A stretch of DNA of 64,000 nt, taken from NCBI RefSeq assembly GCF_022539665.2, contig NC_081333.1, positions 4,650,001-4,714,000 of the forward strand. Reading direction: 5' to 3'. The DNA is from Daphnia carinata (Eukaryota). The notes under the pieces are model-generated. The model worked only from the letters and a program-made list of their open reading frames with translations, was not told where the DNA came from and made no database searches. Below, piece after piece: positions 52,828-64,000 of this stretch. The position numbers and the translations under genes were made by a program. The first letter of the stretch is position 1; each line of letters begins with the position of its first letter.

Positions 52828-54579
52828 ATGTCTTGGAAATCACTTTTCTCTGTCGTCAGCTACTACTGGAAGCCACAAACCAGCAAAGGGAAAACAATAT
52901 CGCAGACAAAACAAGATGGCAATATGCCAGGCAAAACCAGAGTGATAGAAAACACTAACTATCCGCAAAACCAGAACAGGCCGGATTCTACTTTCACCAA
53001 TATGTCATTGAATAATGGAATGCCTTCACCGGACATTTACGGCAATCACATATTTACGGCTACCGGACCTACTACAGGACCTTCTGGAGGAATTCCTACC
53101 GGGCCTCCTACCGGACCTCTCACCGGAATTCCTACCGGAATGGAAGCGTATCCAGCCAATCCGTCACCAGATATGTATACGACAGGAAATTCCTTTCCAA
53201 GTGTTCCATCCCAGACCTATTGGCCACAAGGCAACTTCTCTTCTCAGTCAAACTCCTTCCTGTCATCCCAGACCTATTGGCCACAAGACAACTTCCCTTC
53301 TCAGTCAAACTCCTTCCTGTCATCCCAGCCACCAGATGGCCTTGCAAATCCCGAAATGCTTCACCGACTCCAGTTGCTGGAACGTCGGGTTGCTGATTCA
53401 GAAATGAACAATACTTATCTTAGCAAGCAGTTGAGCGAAATGGCGGAAGAAATGCGCGAACTACGCCAAGCCTTTAACACTTCGCAGAATACCATGAAAA
53501 AACTGGTAGAAAAACTGCATAAGAATGACGCAGGAGAAGGCAAGGAAGCTGGGACTGAGCATGATGAGAAAGCTGACGACTATGTGTCCAGCTTTGCACT
53601 ATCAGCTGGCGTTTCGCAAAGTTATCCAAACTCTGGCGATCAGCAAAAATCGGAATTAATGATAAACCTGGACGAAGTGGAAAGTCCGCAGACAACTGTA
53701 AGCAACGCCTACGACCAGCCTACGCCAGCTAATCCGGACAGCTGTTCTCCAGGTAAAGTCCAAGATGTACCAACTGTGCATGGAAACATTTTAGGGCCAC
53801 AGTATCCGGGACCGGATAATTCCTATTACCCGGGACCGGATAATTCCTATTACCCGGGACCGGATAATTCCTATTACCCGAGATCGGATAATTCCTATTC
53901 CCCGAGATCGGATAATTCCCGTTACCCAGGACCTAACAGTTTTCGACACGTAGAGCCTACCAAAGAAAGCGCTCAAGCCCAGGATACCACACCCTCTGTA
54001 ACTTGGCCAGGCTTGCCAACATTGCAGGAGGACAACAGGGCCGCAATGCCCTTGCCCAACGCTCGCAACTTGCATCCTCCCCAGTCATCCTATAATGCAT
54101 CTGGAAGTTATGGACACCAGACCGAAGTGGAAAGTCCGCAGACAACTGTAAGCAACGCCTACGACCAGCCTACGCCAGCTAATCCGGGCAACTGTTCTCC
54201 AGGTAAAGTCCAAGATGTACCAACTGTGCATGGAAACATTTTAGGGCCACAGTATCCGGGACCGGATAATTCCTATTACCCGGGACCGGATAATTCCTAT
54301 TCCCCGAGACCGGATAATTCCTATTCCCCGAGATGGGATAATTCCCGTTACCCAGGACCTAACACATTTCGACACGTAGAGCCTACCAAAGAAAGCGCTC
54401 AAGCCCAGGATACCACACCCTCTGTAACTTGGCCAGGCTTGCCAACATTGCAGCCGGACAACAGGGCCGCAATGCCCTTGCCCAACGCTCGCAACTTGCA
54501 TCCTCCCCAGTCATCCTATAATGCATCTGGAAGTTATGGACACCAGACCAGCCCCAATCATGTTGTGACCAGGCCATGA
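52828..54579 (+). CDS. Intronless 583-aa uncharacterised protein: P/S/T/N/G/Y-rich disordered regions, central coiled coil, nested tandem repeats
   Basis: 1752-nt open frame. Coiled coil EMLHRLQLLERRVADSEM..MKKLVEKLH at about 53353-53520. All internal repeat units are multiples of 3 nt. AATAAA at about 55002. No recognised domain. Confidence 0.75.
   Translation: MSWKSLFSVVSYYWKPQTSKGKTISQTKQDGNMPGKTRVIENTNYPQNQNRPDSTFTNMSLNNGMPSPDIYGNHIFTATGPTTGPSGGIPTGPPTGPLTGIPTGMEAYPANPSPDMYTTGNSFPSVPSQTYWPQGNFSSQSNSFLSSQTYWPQDNFPSQSNSFLSSQPPDGLANPEMLHRLQLLERRVADSEMNNTYLSKQLSEMAEEMRELRQAFNTSQNTMKKLVEKLHKNDAGEGKEAGTEHDEKADDYVSSFALSAGVSQSYPNSGDQQKSELMINLDEVESPQTTVSNAYDQPTPANPDSCSPGKVQDVPTVHGNILGPQYPGPDNSYYPGPDNSYYPGPDNSYYPRSDNSYSPRSDNSRYPGPNSFRHVEPTKESAQAQDTTPSVTWPGLPTLQEDNRAAMPLPNARNLHPPQSSYNASGSYGHQTEVESPQTTVSNAYDQPTPANPGNCSPGKVQDVPTVHGNILGPQYPGPDNSYYPGPDNSYSPRPDNSYSPRWDNSRYPGPNTFRHVEPTKESAQAQDTTPSVTWPGLPTLQPDNRAAMPLPNARNLHPPQSSYNASGSYGHQTSPNHVVTRP
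53207..53328 (+). repeat. 57-bp tandem repeat, about 2.1 copies (SQTYWPQ[G/D]NF[S/P]SQSNSFLS)
   Basis: CATCCCAGACCTATTGGCCACAAG..TCCTTCCTGT is repeated directly, with 2 substitutions between copies. Confidence 0.95.
53673..54549 (+). repeat. Near-identical tandem duplication (450-bp period), each copy containing a 24-bp minisatellite (YPGPDNSY)
   Basis: CGAAGTGGAAAGTCCGCAG begins at 53673 and 54123. Copy 1 has 5 CCGGATAATTCCTATTACCCGGGA-type units and copy 2 has 4. Only a few substitutions elsewhere. Confidence 0.97.
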
Positions 54580-57500
54580 AACGATCGGACGAATCTGTAA
54601 AAGTGACGACAACTCAGCCGAGATGTAGACCACGAATAACGCTAAACAACACCTGGTAATTCTATTTTAATTGCAGATAGTGCAATTTCAACTTGCTAAA
54701 TTGCCCCTAGCAGAAGACGGCCAAGAAATAATAAGCGTCCTTTCGACCGACTCGACCCATAAGATAATCCCTAGCGATACTAGTATTCATGTTGGCAGAC
54801 AATGCCGTGTTGCTTAATCGCTTAGGGAATCTTGACCAAGACCGAGTTGGTGAAAGTATGCGAGTTAAATTTTGGTGGTCGTCTGTTAGGATCGTTACGC
54901 GCGCAGTAGTCCTACATTAAGGCTGTTGTTTGTCGTCCACTTTACGGATTTTCGATCGTTTCTTTTCTTTGTATCTCTTTTTGTTTTTGATGAGTCAGTC
55001 GAATAAACAATGTTAAAATAAGCTTATTGTATACCAAACTAATTATTTCATATTACTTTCTAACTAAAAAAAAATGGGTAAACCAATTTGACCGAAGGGG
55101 TTGGCAACTCACAGAATCCTAGTAAATAACACGCACAGGCAGAAATCTGCTAAACTTTCCATAGACTTAAAGAAAATTTTTAATAATTATACCACAAAGG
55201 CGCTTTAAAATTTGATGGTTTTAATCAGGAAGGTAACTACACAGCCGTTAAGCACATTTGCATTTATGCACAATTGCGCTACAATAGCTGCAAATATGGC
55301 TTCTACTTTCTTGTCTCATCAGGTTGTTCCATGTTTTGTGCCAAAATCCACCTGTGCTTTTCAGGTAAGGTTAACGGCACCGTATCCTATTACCCGAGGT
55401 CCAAATAAGGTCTAGCCATTGTGAAAATAGCCAGCATCCCTAAAATGATGCCATGAATCGGACGGCTTATTTTGATCTTCATTTATTTCCCTGCAGTTCG
55501 CTAAAAAAAATGTTGGTGACATTTCTGACATATTCTTTGATACAACTGATAAATGGATGAAATATCCGATACATTCACACTACCCGTTGATATGCAAGAA
55601 ACGTTTAAAAAAAGCTAAATCAGAATTTAATTTCGCCAATTCAGCGACAGCCGCAAGCGAATCAATTGTAATTGTTGCTGCCCGTTGTTGGGTCAACGGA
55701 AGAAGAGACAAACAACGAACGAAAAAAAAAAACGCGTGAATGGGTGTTCATTACGGATATCCGGGTTCTTGTAAGCACACGAAAGATTGTCGACTATTGA
55801 ACTAGTGGAAATAACACGGTTATCGTGTTGACATCTGTGTGAATGAGTCATTGTTGTCAGTTTCGTAACCTAGCAGACGTATAGCCTCCAAACGGAGATG
55901 CGACTCTGCTCGTCCCTATTCCCTTTTTTTTTTAATGGAAGCTCTATCGATTATTAAACAACAAATCGGTCTACAAATACTCCACTAATAAAATAGTCTA
56001 TCGCATGGAGTGGCCGGGTGTATTTGTCACCTCTAGTCGAACAGTGCCCGACGGCCCATCATCTCATTTCTTGTCACACAATAGAGGACAAACGACAAAA
56101 GCGATTCCAACGTTTATTAAACCTCCGACGAGGGATATGTAAAGCAAAGAATCTCGCAACAATAAGTAAGACAACACGTAAAAGAATGAGTTCGCAAACA
56201 AAATTTTACACATACAAGGAAGATACTTTTTTTTTTTTTTACTTTTTTTTTCAATGTCTAATTCGTTATAGTAGCCCTTATCGACATCGCCATCTGTTAT
56301 CAATTACTTTTGCCTCGCGTTCTGCAAATATTCATACATGACAAACATATAAAAAAAAAATAGTAATACAAAGATCATGGGTATATGAAAGGAACAGCAC
56401 CGAATCAAGAAGTGGGATAGACTTCTATAATTTTAGCATTACACATTTTGGCGATTTTTTTCTGCTTACCGATAAACATACGCGTTGGCGGGCTGGTCAA
56501 GCACACGGTCATACGCATGCCTTACCTGTAACGAAACCAATAATAAAAGGAAAGCATTAAAAGACTTTGTCTTACGGACAACGTTATGTTTTTTGTATGT
56601 TGCTTTTCGATTAGATTTTGCGATACTATATATGAAGGTCGCTCGGGTTTCCCTTACGGCGTAGTTGGGTAAAGCATTTTACATCTCAACGGCCATGCCG
56701 CCCTTCCATTACGATTTTCCCATAGCGAGTTCTATAGGCGCGGTCTATTGATTTAGCGCTGAACGATGTGATCATGTTCTAATTAGGACGTTGCAAGGCT
56801 TCTGCGGTTAGCTCTAGTGTATACCATTTGATAGCTTATATGTGTACGTAATATACGCGTGAGAAGCGACATCTTGAGACTTTTCTAGAATAACTTTTTG
56901 TAATTTGTGGCCGCCCTGTTCGGGAAACAACAATAGTTGTGATATATTGTGCAATTTCTAGACGCAGTAGGCGAGAAAACGTAACGTCGACCAAAGATGA
57001 ATGCCTTTCAATGTTGTAACACCAACATTCGGCAAATGTGAAATATGGAACGGCGCTTGGCATCGCATGAACGCTGCGCTTTAAAAGCCTACAAAGTAAT
57101 GTGTCAAGCGAACGACGCAAATTAAGACAACAAGAAATTAGGTGCAGCCCTAATTTTCTTTTTCTTTACGGAACCCGTTTTAGGAAGCCATAATGAATTC
57201 ATCTAATTTTAATACGCATTTTTTTCTTTTTTTTTTTCGAAAGCAAGGGCATTGCTGATACAATCATATACATAGGCAAACGATAAACTTTCCTTCCCCA
57301 CATACCTCATAGCAATGATTAACACGGCTTAATACAAAGAAAAGCGCAGAGAGTTTCAGAAAAAGCAACTTTTCTCGTAAGTTCGTAAGATTTTGTTTGA
57401 GTTGTATAAAGTTTATCGAAACGGAAAAGGCGAAATGACTTTCACACTACGAATGCGCATTTATGTCTACATATAATTGATCTATCGCAGTGATCAGAAT

Positions 57501-58514
57501 CAGATGAAGAACTTCCAAAGAGTGAAATGAAGAAGTTTTAGCTTTCCGACATGTTTGCATCCGTCATCTTTGGAACCGAGAAAATGGTAAATATAATCTG
57601 AAAAACTTCTTTCCAGATTTTGGCAACTAATCTTGGTGTGAGTTTATGAAAACAGGAACCGAAAAATGATCGTGAAATGAAGCAAGTAACCTGAAATCAA
57701 ATAATGGTCTGAGCTTTTGTGTGTGTGTGTGTGTATTGTTTAAGTGTCTATTGATTGGGCACAAGTGGAACTCAAACAAACGTGAAGCCACTTCCACCAG
57801 GCTCCTTTTTTTTTTTTTTTTACTTGCCATGAGGCTTTTTGTTTTCGAGACAAAAGACTTTAAGAAGTTTTAACGCAAGTTTAGTTATGCCATGTCTCAG
57901 TTAGAGCAATGGCATCAGAAAATGGGCCGATTGCGTACCCAAGAAACGACAAATTCGCTTCGTTTTCTCTGTTCCTCAACGTAATTTTAACTTTTAGATC
58001 AAACTAAATGAAAACTAAAGACACAAACTTTACTCGCCAATTTTTGATAACATATCCATGAAGTTAAGTCGAAGATCGACAAGTTTTTCTTATTTTTTCG
58101 TCTCTTATTCCTAAGTTACTGAAGTCGAAACAAACGGGTTCTGCCCTAAATTGTTTTCCTCCGTCAAATCCAATTGACATGTCAAAATTTCGTTTAGATA
58201 CGGTGTCTACGGAAAACTTTTAGGCTGGCCCATGGATAAAACAGCCATTTGATTAAACTTGGCACACTACTGGCGTTCCATATGTTCTTCATTTTTCCCT
58301 CGATCATTTCGAAGCTTGGTGTTTTTCAGAAGGCAGATCACATTTGAAATTGCTTGCAGGTCTGCTCTTTAACTTAAAATGTATAAATATTTTCAGCTAT
58401 CTTTCTCTAAGTCAATTTAATCTGAATAAGTCACAATACATGCAAATACATGAAACGCAATGCGATGTAGCGATCTTACAGGGAAACACCCATGTCCAAT
58501 AATGTGCTCTGTTT

Positions 58515-61500
58515 TTACATTTCGCTTTCTTTTTCAAGTGGCTCCTAAAATTGTGACTTGTTTACACCCAAAAATGTCAAAGAACATTTTCATTTTCTCA
58601 CCGTGAAATCTGGGGCAGGCTGATGTTGATGAGCCAGAGGAAAATTCCCCGGATTGTGTTGGATACTATTCAAGTTACTGGAAGAGGCGATGTTGGGATC
58701 TAAAATTCGATCTCGATTCCGATCGTTCATTGCCGACTGTTGAACCACGTACGTCAGCGTCGATTCTTCATTCAGCCTACAGGGTCCTTTAAGGTTGTTT
58801 GAAGTGCTGGCCAAAATAACAAGCGACGAATGTAATGACTCATCCGGTGGACTAGGCAGCTGGCATTCCGTGTCTATTTCGGCTGTTCAAAAAAAGACAA
58901 GTTAAAAAAAAAAAAATGATATCGATTTTCCTTTTGTCTTTGTATTTGGCCAAAAGATTTTACTATTGGATGGCATATACCTCTTTTGGATTTAATTACA
59001 TCCGGCTTGCCGTTCGTCGTTTTGGCATAGTTGGTATCTTCATTGGCGTCGTCTGCGTCGCACATCTGGACGGCAGTTGGAGGAGCCTGATGGCGGAGAT
59101 TCCTCTTGCGCTGGCGGTGGTATACGGCCAAGATAGCAGCCAGTCCGATAATGGCAATTAAAAGAGCGCCCGGAGCGGCCAGCACGACCACCATTGTCAC
59201 CGACGATTCCGGTTCGTTAGCTGCTTTCAGTGTCGGAGAGTCATTGTACACGTTGAAGGGCAACGTACAGCAACGAGCATTCATACAAAAAAAAAAATAG
59301 AAATAAAAATAAAATAGAAAAGGCAACTCGTTAAGAGAAAAAAAAAGAAAGAAACCGAAGCTAATACGAAATGTTTCAGTGTTCCATCGTTCGCTTTTTC
59401 TTTTCAATTTTGATGGCTAGGGCGAAGAACAATGGGCATTCGTATCTATTCAAAACGATTGCTTTCTAGTTTCGACTCTACAGATTTCCGCCCCTGCAAG
59501 TAAGGCTTCTTGCCCGCTATGCTAATACTTGCGGTGTATTTGCCCAAGCCATTTGGGTTCACCATTTTCCTTTTCTTTTCCTCGAACTCAGCGCTGCTGC
59601 TTCGCTGTCAAAGAAGTATAACTGAATGCACGTCAAAAGTATATAACCAATAAGATCACAAAGGGAGACCCCTTTATATTGATATGAAACTCTTGCAGAA
59701 ATGAGATCGAATTCACCAAGGCATCCCGTATGAGTCAAGTCACGCAGACACCCAGACCCAATATCAGATCCATAGAAAAGGCGATGGAGTATAGCACCGT
59801 ATTGTTTTCCCTTTTTCGTTTTCATTTTTTTGCTGTTTGTTTTTGTTGTGTGATTTGGTTTCGCTGCTTTTTCTCTTTTCTTTATTAAACGATTTATTTA
59901 TTTGTTAGTTTTTTTTTTTGCTTGATTTTCATGTTCATCTTTTTTTTTATTTCGTTTCGTTTTCATTATCTTTTATGTTATGAATGTTTTTTTTTTCTTT
60001 GAATCCTCCGCCTCCTTTGAATAACAACAAAACTTGAAACAAAACAAATGAATGTAAAGGTTATGTTGGGTGTTTCTCTTAATACTAACATCTACAGTGA
60101 AATTCACGTGAAAACAAGAAAGACGAAAAAACATGGGAAAGAACTTGATCCTGACTAATACTTTCTATTGCGAAAATAATGTTACATAGATTGACGTTAT
60201 GGCGAGGTTTGTGTTGGTGACTTTGAAAAGACATGTTCAACGATGAGCGTGGGCTTAAACGTAATGACTGGGAAGCACGCTACGCAGAAATCCTAAAATA
60301 TATGCAAATCTTATTGCAGCCCACCACGACCTGTGGTTCTTTAAACGGCCAACGTTATTCTCCTGTGTTTTCGGCTGCATCAACTTGGCTGAAAAAAGAA
60401 GTTCTTTATAAGCTTTTCGCATTTTCTATTGTTTCGTAGTTCACGCACTCTGAGCATTTCACAGAACGGGCTTGGGAAGAAGTTAAAAACATCAAGAAAA
60501 ATTCCAAAGGGTTAAAGACTATTGGGCAACAAAGCTCTCTGTTCCATTAGCGCTATCACGAGGCACGGTCCAGTTCCCCATTCAGCGGGACGAATGTTAA
60601 ACAGCCAGAATATTTACGACGTTCCATGTAGAATATATCAGTAAAAGACTGCAATTCATGCGCTCAACGGCTTAACAGGTATTAAACCATTAAAGGAACG
60701 TCCTCACGCTTCCACCGCATATTCATGCATCTCGTATAGCCCTTGATGCACAATACAGGTGTGAGTATGAAGTACAAGTGTGAGCTCTCGGTTCTACAAG
60801 GGACGGCAACTCCTCCCCTTCAAAAAAGAAAAAGATGCGAAAATTCAGGCGAAGAAATTGCCTAATTAGGCCAAGCATACCCAAACCACATCCCTCTCGT
60901 GCCACTGTCATCGAGTTATTGGAAACCAAAATGTCTTTAGTAATTTTTTAATAACATTCTGCAACGGTTCAGTCTGGTATTCCATCGCTGTTGCATTTCT
61001 TTGTTTTTTTTTTTGTATTACTTTTATTCAACCTTTTTATTGTCTTTCTATCGGTTTATTTATCTGTCTATTCTGCCTGTCTTATTTTATTTATTTTTTT
61101 CCCCTACTTTTTCATTACTTTTTTTGTTGTTTTGTTTTCTTTATTTTCCCATTTTTTTTTTTTTGTCGTTCGTTCTCTACTACTTTTACGTACGGTTCAC
61201 GAAACCAGCTGGGTCAGGCTTGGCCGTACAAAATTGTGTGGGAACTCCCCTGCTGGTCCTCAAGGGCCCTCCCATGGAGAATTCTATGCTACAATACTAT
61301 GTGGGCGATATTAATGAGATGCGCCTTTTCATCTGGCGAGGCCTCGACGACGAATGACGAGGCAGACCTCATTCCTATGCCCTTTTCTTTTTACCTCCTT
61401 TTTTTTTTTAATTTTATTTTTATTTTCTTCTGCTTTTCCCCACCCAATTCCGCCTCTTATGAAACGCACATGATTACGATTCCAGTCTTTTCTCATACTT

Positions 61501-63808
61501 TTTACTCACTGTCCTTATATTTCATTTCCTTTCAATTCTTTTTCTTTGAATCCTTTTTTTTTTTTAATTCTTTACACAACTTCGTTTAAAAAAAAAAAAG
61601 GATGGCCTTACCGCGCAATCTGTCGGGACATTGGAGCGCCATGGCTAAGAGGCAGCAGGATAGCTGCCATCAACTCGCAACCAGGCAGCGGTGTCATTGA
61701 TACTCAAGGAGAAGAGTTTGAGAATAGTGTTGTATTTTTCTAGGACGCGTGGGTATGCGCATGAAGACGATACCCAGAGTCAGTCGGATATTATTGTGAG
61801 TATGTACGAAAGAGATGTGGACTTGGATGAAAAATAAACTGATTTAGCCTTGCGCGCTATGTACTAGCGAAAAAGCAAGGATATGAGGGAGTCGAAGAAA
61901 AGGCAATAGTCAAAACGATGGCAAGAGATATGGAGACGAATATAGCGATCGAGGCTCCCCCCCCCCAAAAAAAAAAAAATAGTTTGAATATTTGAAGCTA
62001 TTACGCAAAGGGGCATGTTGCATTTTTCATGGTCTCCCTGTGGGAGGGTAAGCCGAGGAGCGCAAGAGCCACAAGTCGCTAGAAATTTATTCAATGGCAC
62101 TTCTTGCGACTTTATCTCTACATTCTACGGGTAAGTAGTCCATCGAGCGATTCGATCGCTGAATAATTTAACGATATACTGCACGCATGAAAATTTTATA
62201 GCCGTTAGGACATTATGCTCACTAGCACAAGCTTAGTGGTCTGTTATATGCCCATTGTTACTGTTCTGCTTCTTCCTTCTTATTCGTTTTTTTCCCCTGG
62301 TATTTAAAGGCGGGCGTTCGTTGCGCGTAAAGTTAAAATCGTTATAAACAAAATTTGTTTATTTTTATTTTTTGAAAAATAAAATGATCGCAATGCGGAT
62401 AGTAGAGTTAGTAACAAAAACATTACTCCCGTTACTGTTTCGTTACAAGCGCTTAATTCTTGGCAATTTAAATAGCAAATAAAGCCACCAAAACCAAGAA
62501 TAAAAAAAACAGAGAAATTTAAATTGAGAAATAAAAAAAATATTAAATCTGAGAGATATACGAAATAAATGTCTATCTGGTGACACATCTACAGTTCTAT
62601 TTCGGCGGCTTCCCTATATATATATAAAAAAAAGAAGCCTTTATAATAGAGTAAAGGGAGCTATAACTGGGAAGGGACACTGCGCCAATCGATCTTCTTC
62701 TCCATAATAAAAAATACTAGCGTAGGAATAAGATCAGGTGGACTGTTCAAGAATATAATACACTACGTCTAGTAGCCCCGTGTAATTTTACATTTTTCAC
62801 AGCACTGTGGTAAACTAAACTAAAACCTGTTCTTTTTCTTTTTCCTCTCCGTCTGCGGGCCCTGTCATCCACTCGGGGATTCTTTAAAAATAAAAATGTG
62901 TGTGGTCACCTATTCATGAACGAAGTGTACACTCATATAATATACGTATCGAAAATGCAACGTAAATATTAGCCGTTTGCGTCTTTTTTTTTTTTCGTGG
63001 CGCTTGTGTCCTACTTTAAAAACACCCAGTTGGCCGCTCTTTATTTCTTTTCCACGAAAAAAAAAAAAAAAAGAGGAACTGGGCGTATGGTAACTTGCGT
63101 AGAGGTCAGGCTTTTGGTGAAGCGATCGATAACAAGAGACTGAAAACAGAGAAGGCGTATGATGACGTCGTCAGACCGGTCACGCACTTGGCTCTCCAGC
63201 CCTTCAACTTTTACTACTGTACCATTGCAGAATGGAAATCAAATAAAAAACCAAATGAAAAGAAATAAATAATAGTAAGGTATAGCCTTCCTAGGGATGC
63301 CTATTCAAATGACGTCATTCTTTTTCAACTGGCTGATCACGAACTTTATTCTCTTTCTTATTTCAAAAAAAAAAAAAAAAAAGAAACGAAAATGTTTTGA
63401 ACTAACCTGCGCGGGATCCGACAGCACGTTCAACAGCTCCTTCCAATGTAATGGCTTCGCTTCGACCTTGTTTATTAGTCGTTATAACGACGGCTGCCAC
63501 TCGCGTGCTCGGGTCGATGCCCGTCAGGTTGAAATGCGGCGCCGCTTTGTTGCTCATGTTGCGAAGGAGAGCGCCCGTGTCGGCGTTGTACAGCTGCAGC
63601 CAATAGACGTTTGAAGAGCCGCTCATCAACACGTCTTCGTCCTCGTCGTCGCCGACTTCATCTTTGCTGTCGCTATCGCCACTGCCACTCTCACTGCTGT
63701 CCTCCGCCTCTTTTTCGGCATTGCCTTTGGAACTGTTTCGACATTTCACTTCTAGGACGCCCTTCGACAAACTCTGCAGCGCGCACTGGGTTGGCGTCGG
63801 CGGCAGCC
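58515..63808 (-). CDS. 3' part of a Sidestep/nephrin-like Ig-superfamily receptor (FN3, transmembrane helix, cytoplasmic tail); 5' exons lie beyond the window
   Basis: Exons 63808-63407, about 59220-58981, 58882-58602, 58544-58515. FN3: GLPPTPTQCALQSL..LEVKC..YWLQLYNADTGALLRNMS..PHFNLTGIDP..TNKQGRSEAI. TM: VVVLAAPGALLIAIIGLAAILAVY followed by HRQRKR. KPDVI resembles the Side-family NPD[IV]I motif. Ends in KESEM*. Confidence 0.75.
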
Positions 63809-64000
63809 CTTCAATTCAAAAGATATTGAACAAATAAATGAAGACGTTCTTTTGATGGATAGCGAAATATTCAAACGAATATTTGAAAAGTGTCGCATTT
63901 TTTCTTGCATTTTCATTGATTTGTTTTATTTCTTATTTTTATTCGCTGACATTGGTATTGTACTTTATGCTTAAAAAAAATCAAAACAAAACGGATTGAA

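Noticed and set aside
53801..54360. 24-bp direct repeats as a CRISPR array
   Set aside because: The units are contiguous with no unique spacers, lie in frame within a CDS, and the context is eukaryotic with no cas genes.
58476..58517. Stop-codon readthrough extension of the Sidestep-like tail (KQSTLLDMGVSL*)
   Set aside because: TAA-A is a poor readthrough context and a 12-codon open stretch is expected by chance.
61190..61710. GC-richer islands in the Sidestep-like intron as extra exons
   Set aside because: There is a donor-like GTAAGG near 61611, but I could not build a phase-consistent, stop-free path. The flanking exons already join in frame.

Overview
Eukaryotic, AT-rich DNA with mostly 55-130 nt GT-AG introns and many poly(A)/poly(T) runs. 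This suggests an arthropod, most likely a Daphnia-like cladoceran (inference from architecture only). I built the gene models by hand from splice sites and frame continuity, and made the family calls from remembered motifs, without a database search. In order: a MIPOL1-like coiled-coil gene (-); a TE nest in the head-to-head gap after it (decayed BEL/Pao pol, an intact 221-aa coiled-coil plus gag-knuckle ORF, and a decayed LINE endonuclease); yurt/EPB41L5 (+); a TIR-bounded MITE-like element; a C2HC zinc-finger ZC2HC1-like gene (+) with a 1-nt frameshift; thymidylate kinase (-); IP3 3-kinase of the IP3K2/wavy type with two alternative N-termini (-); farnesyltransferase beta (-) head-to-head with an intronless 583-aa repeat-rich orphan (+); and the 3' part of a Sidestep-like FN3/TM receptor (-). 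I found no CRISPR arrays, rRNA or convincing tRNA. The best novelty candidates are the intact gag-knuckle ORF beside a dead pol and the repeat orphan with an overlapping spliced downstream ORF. Neither can be called a new system from sequence alone.
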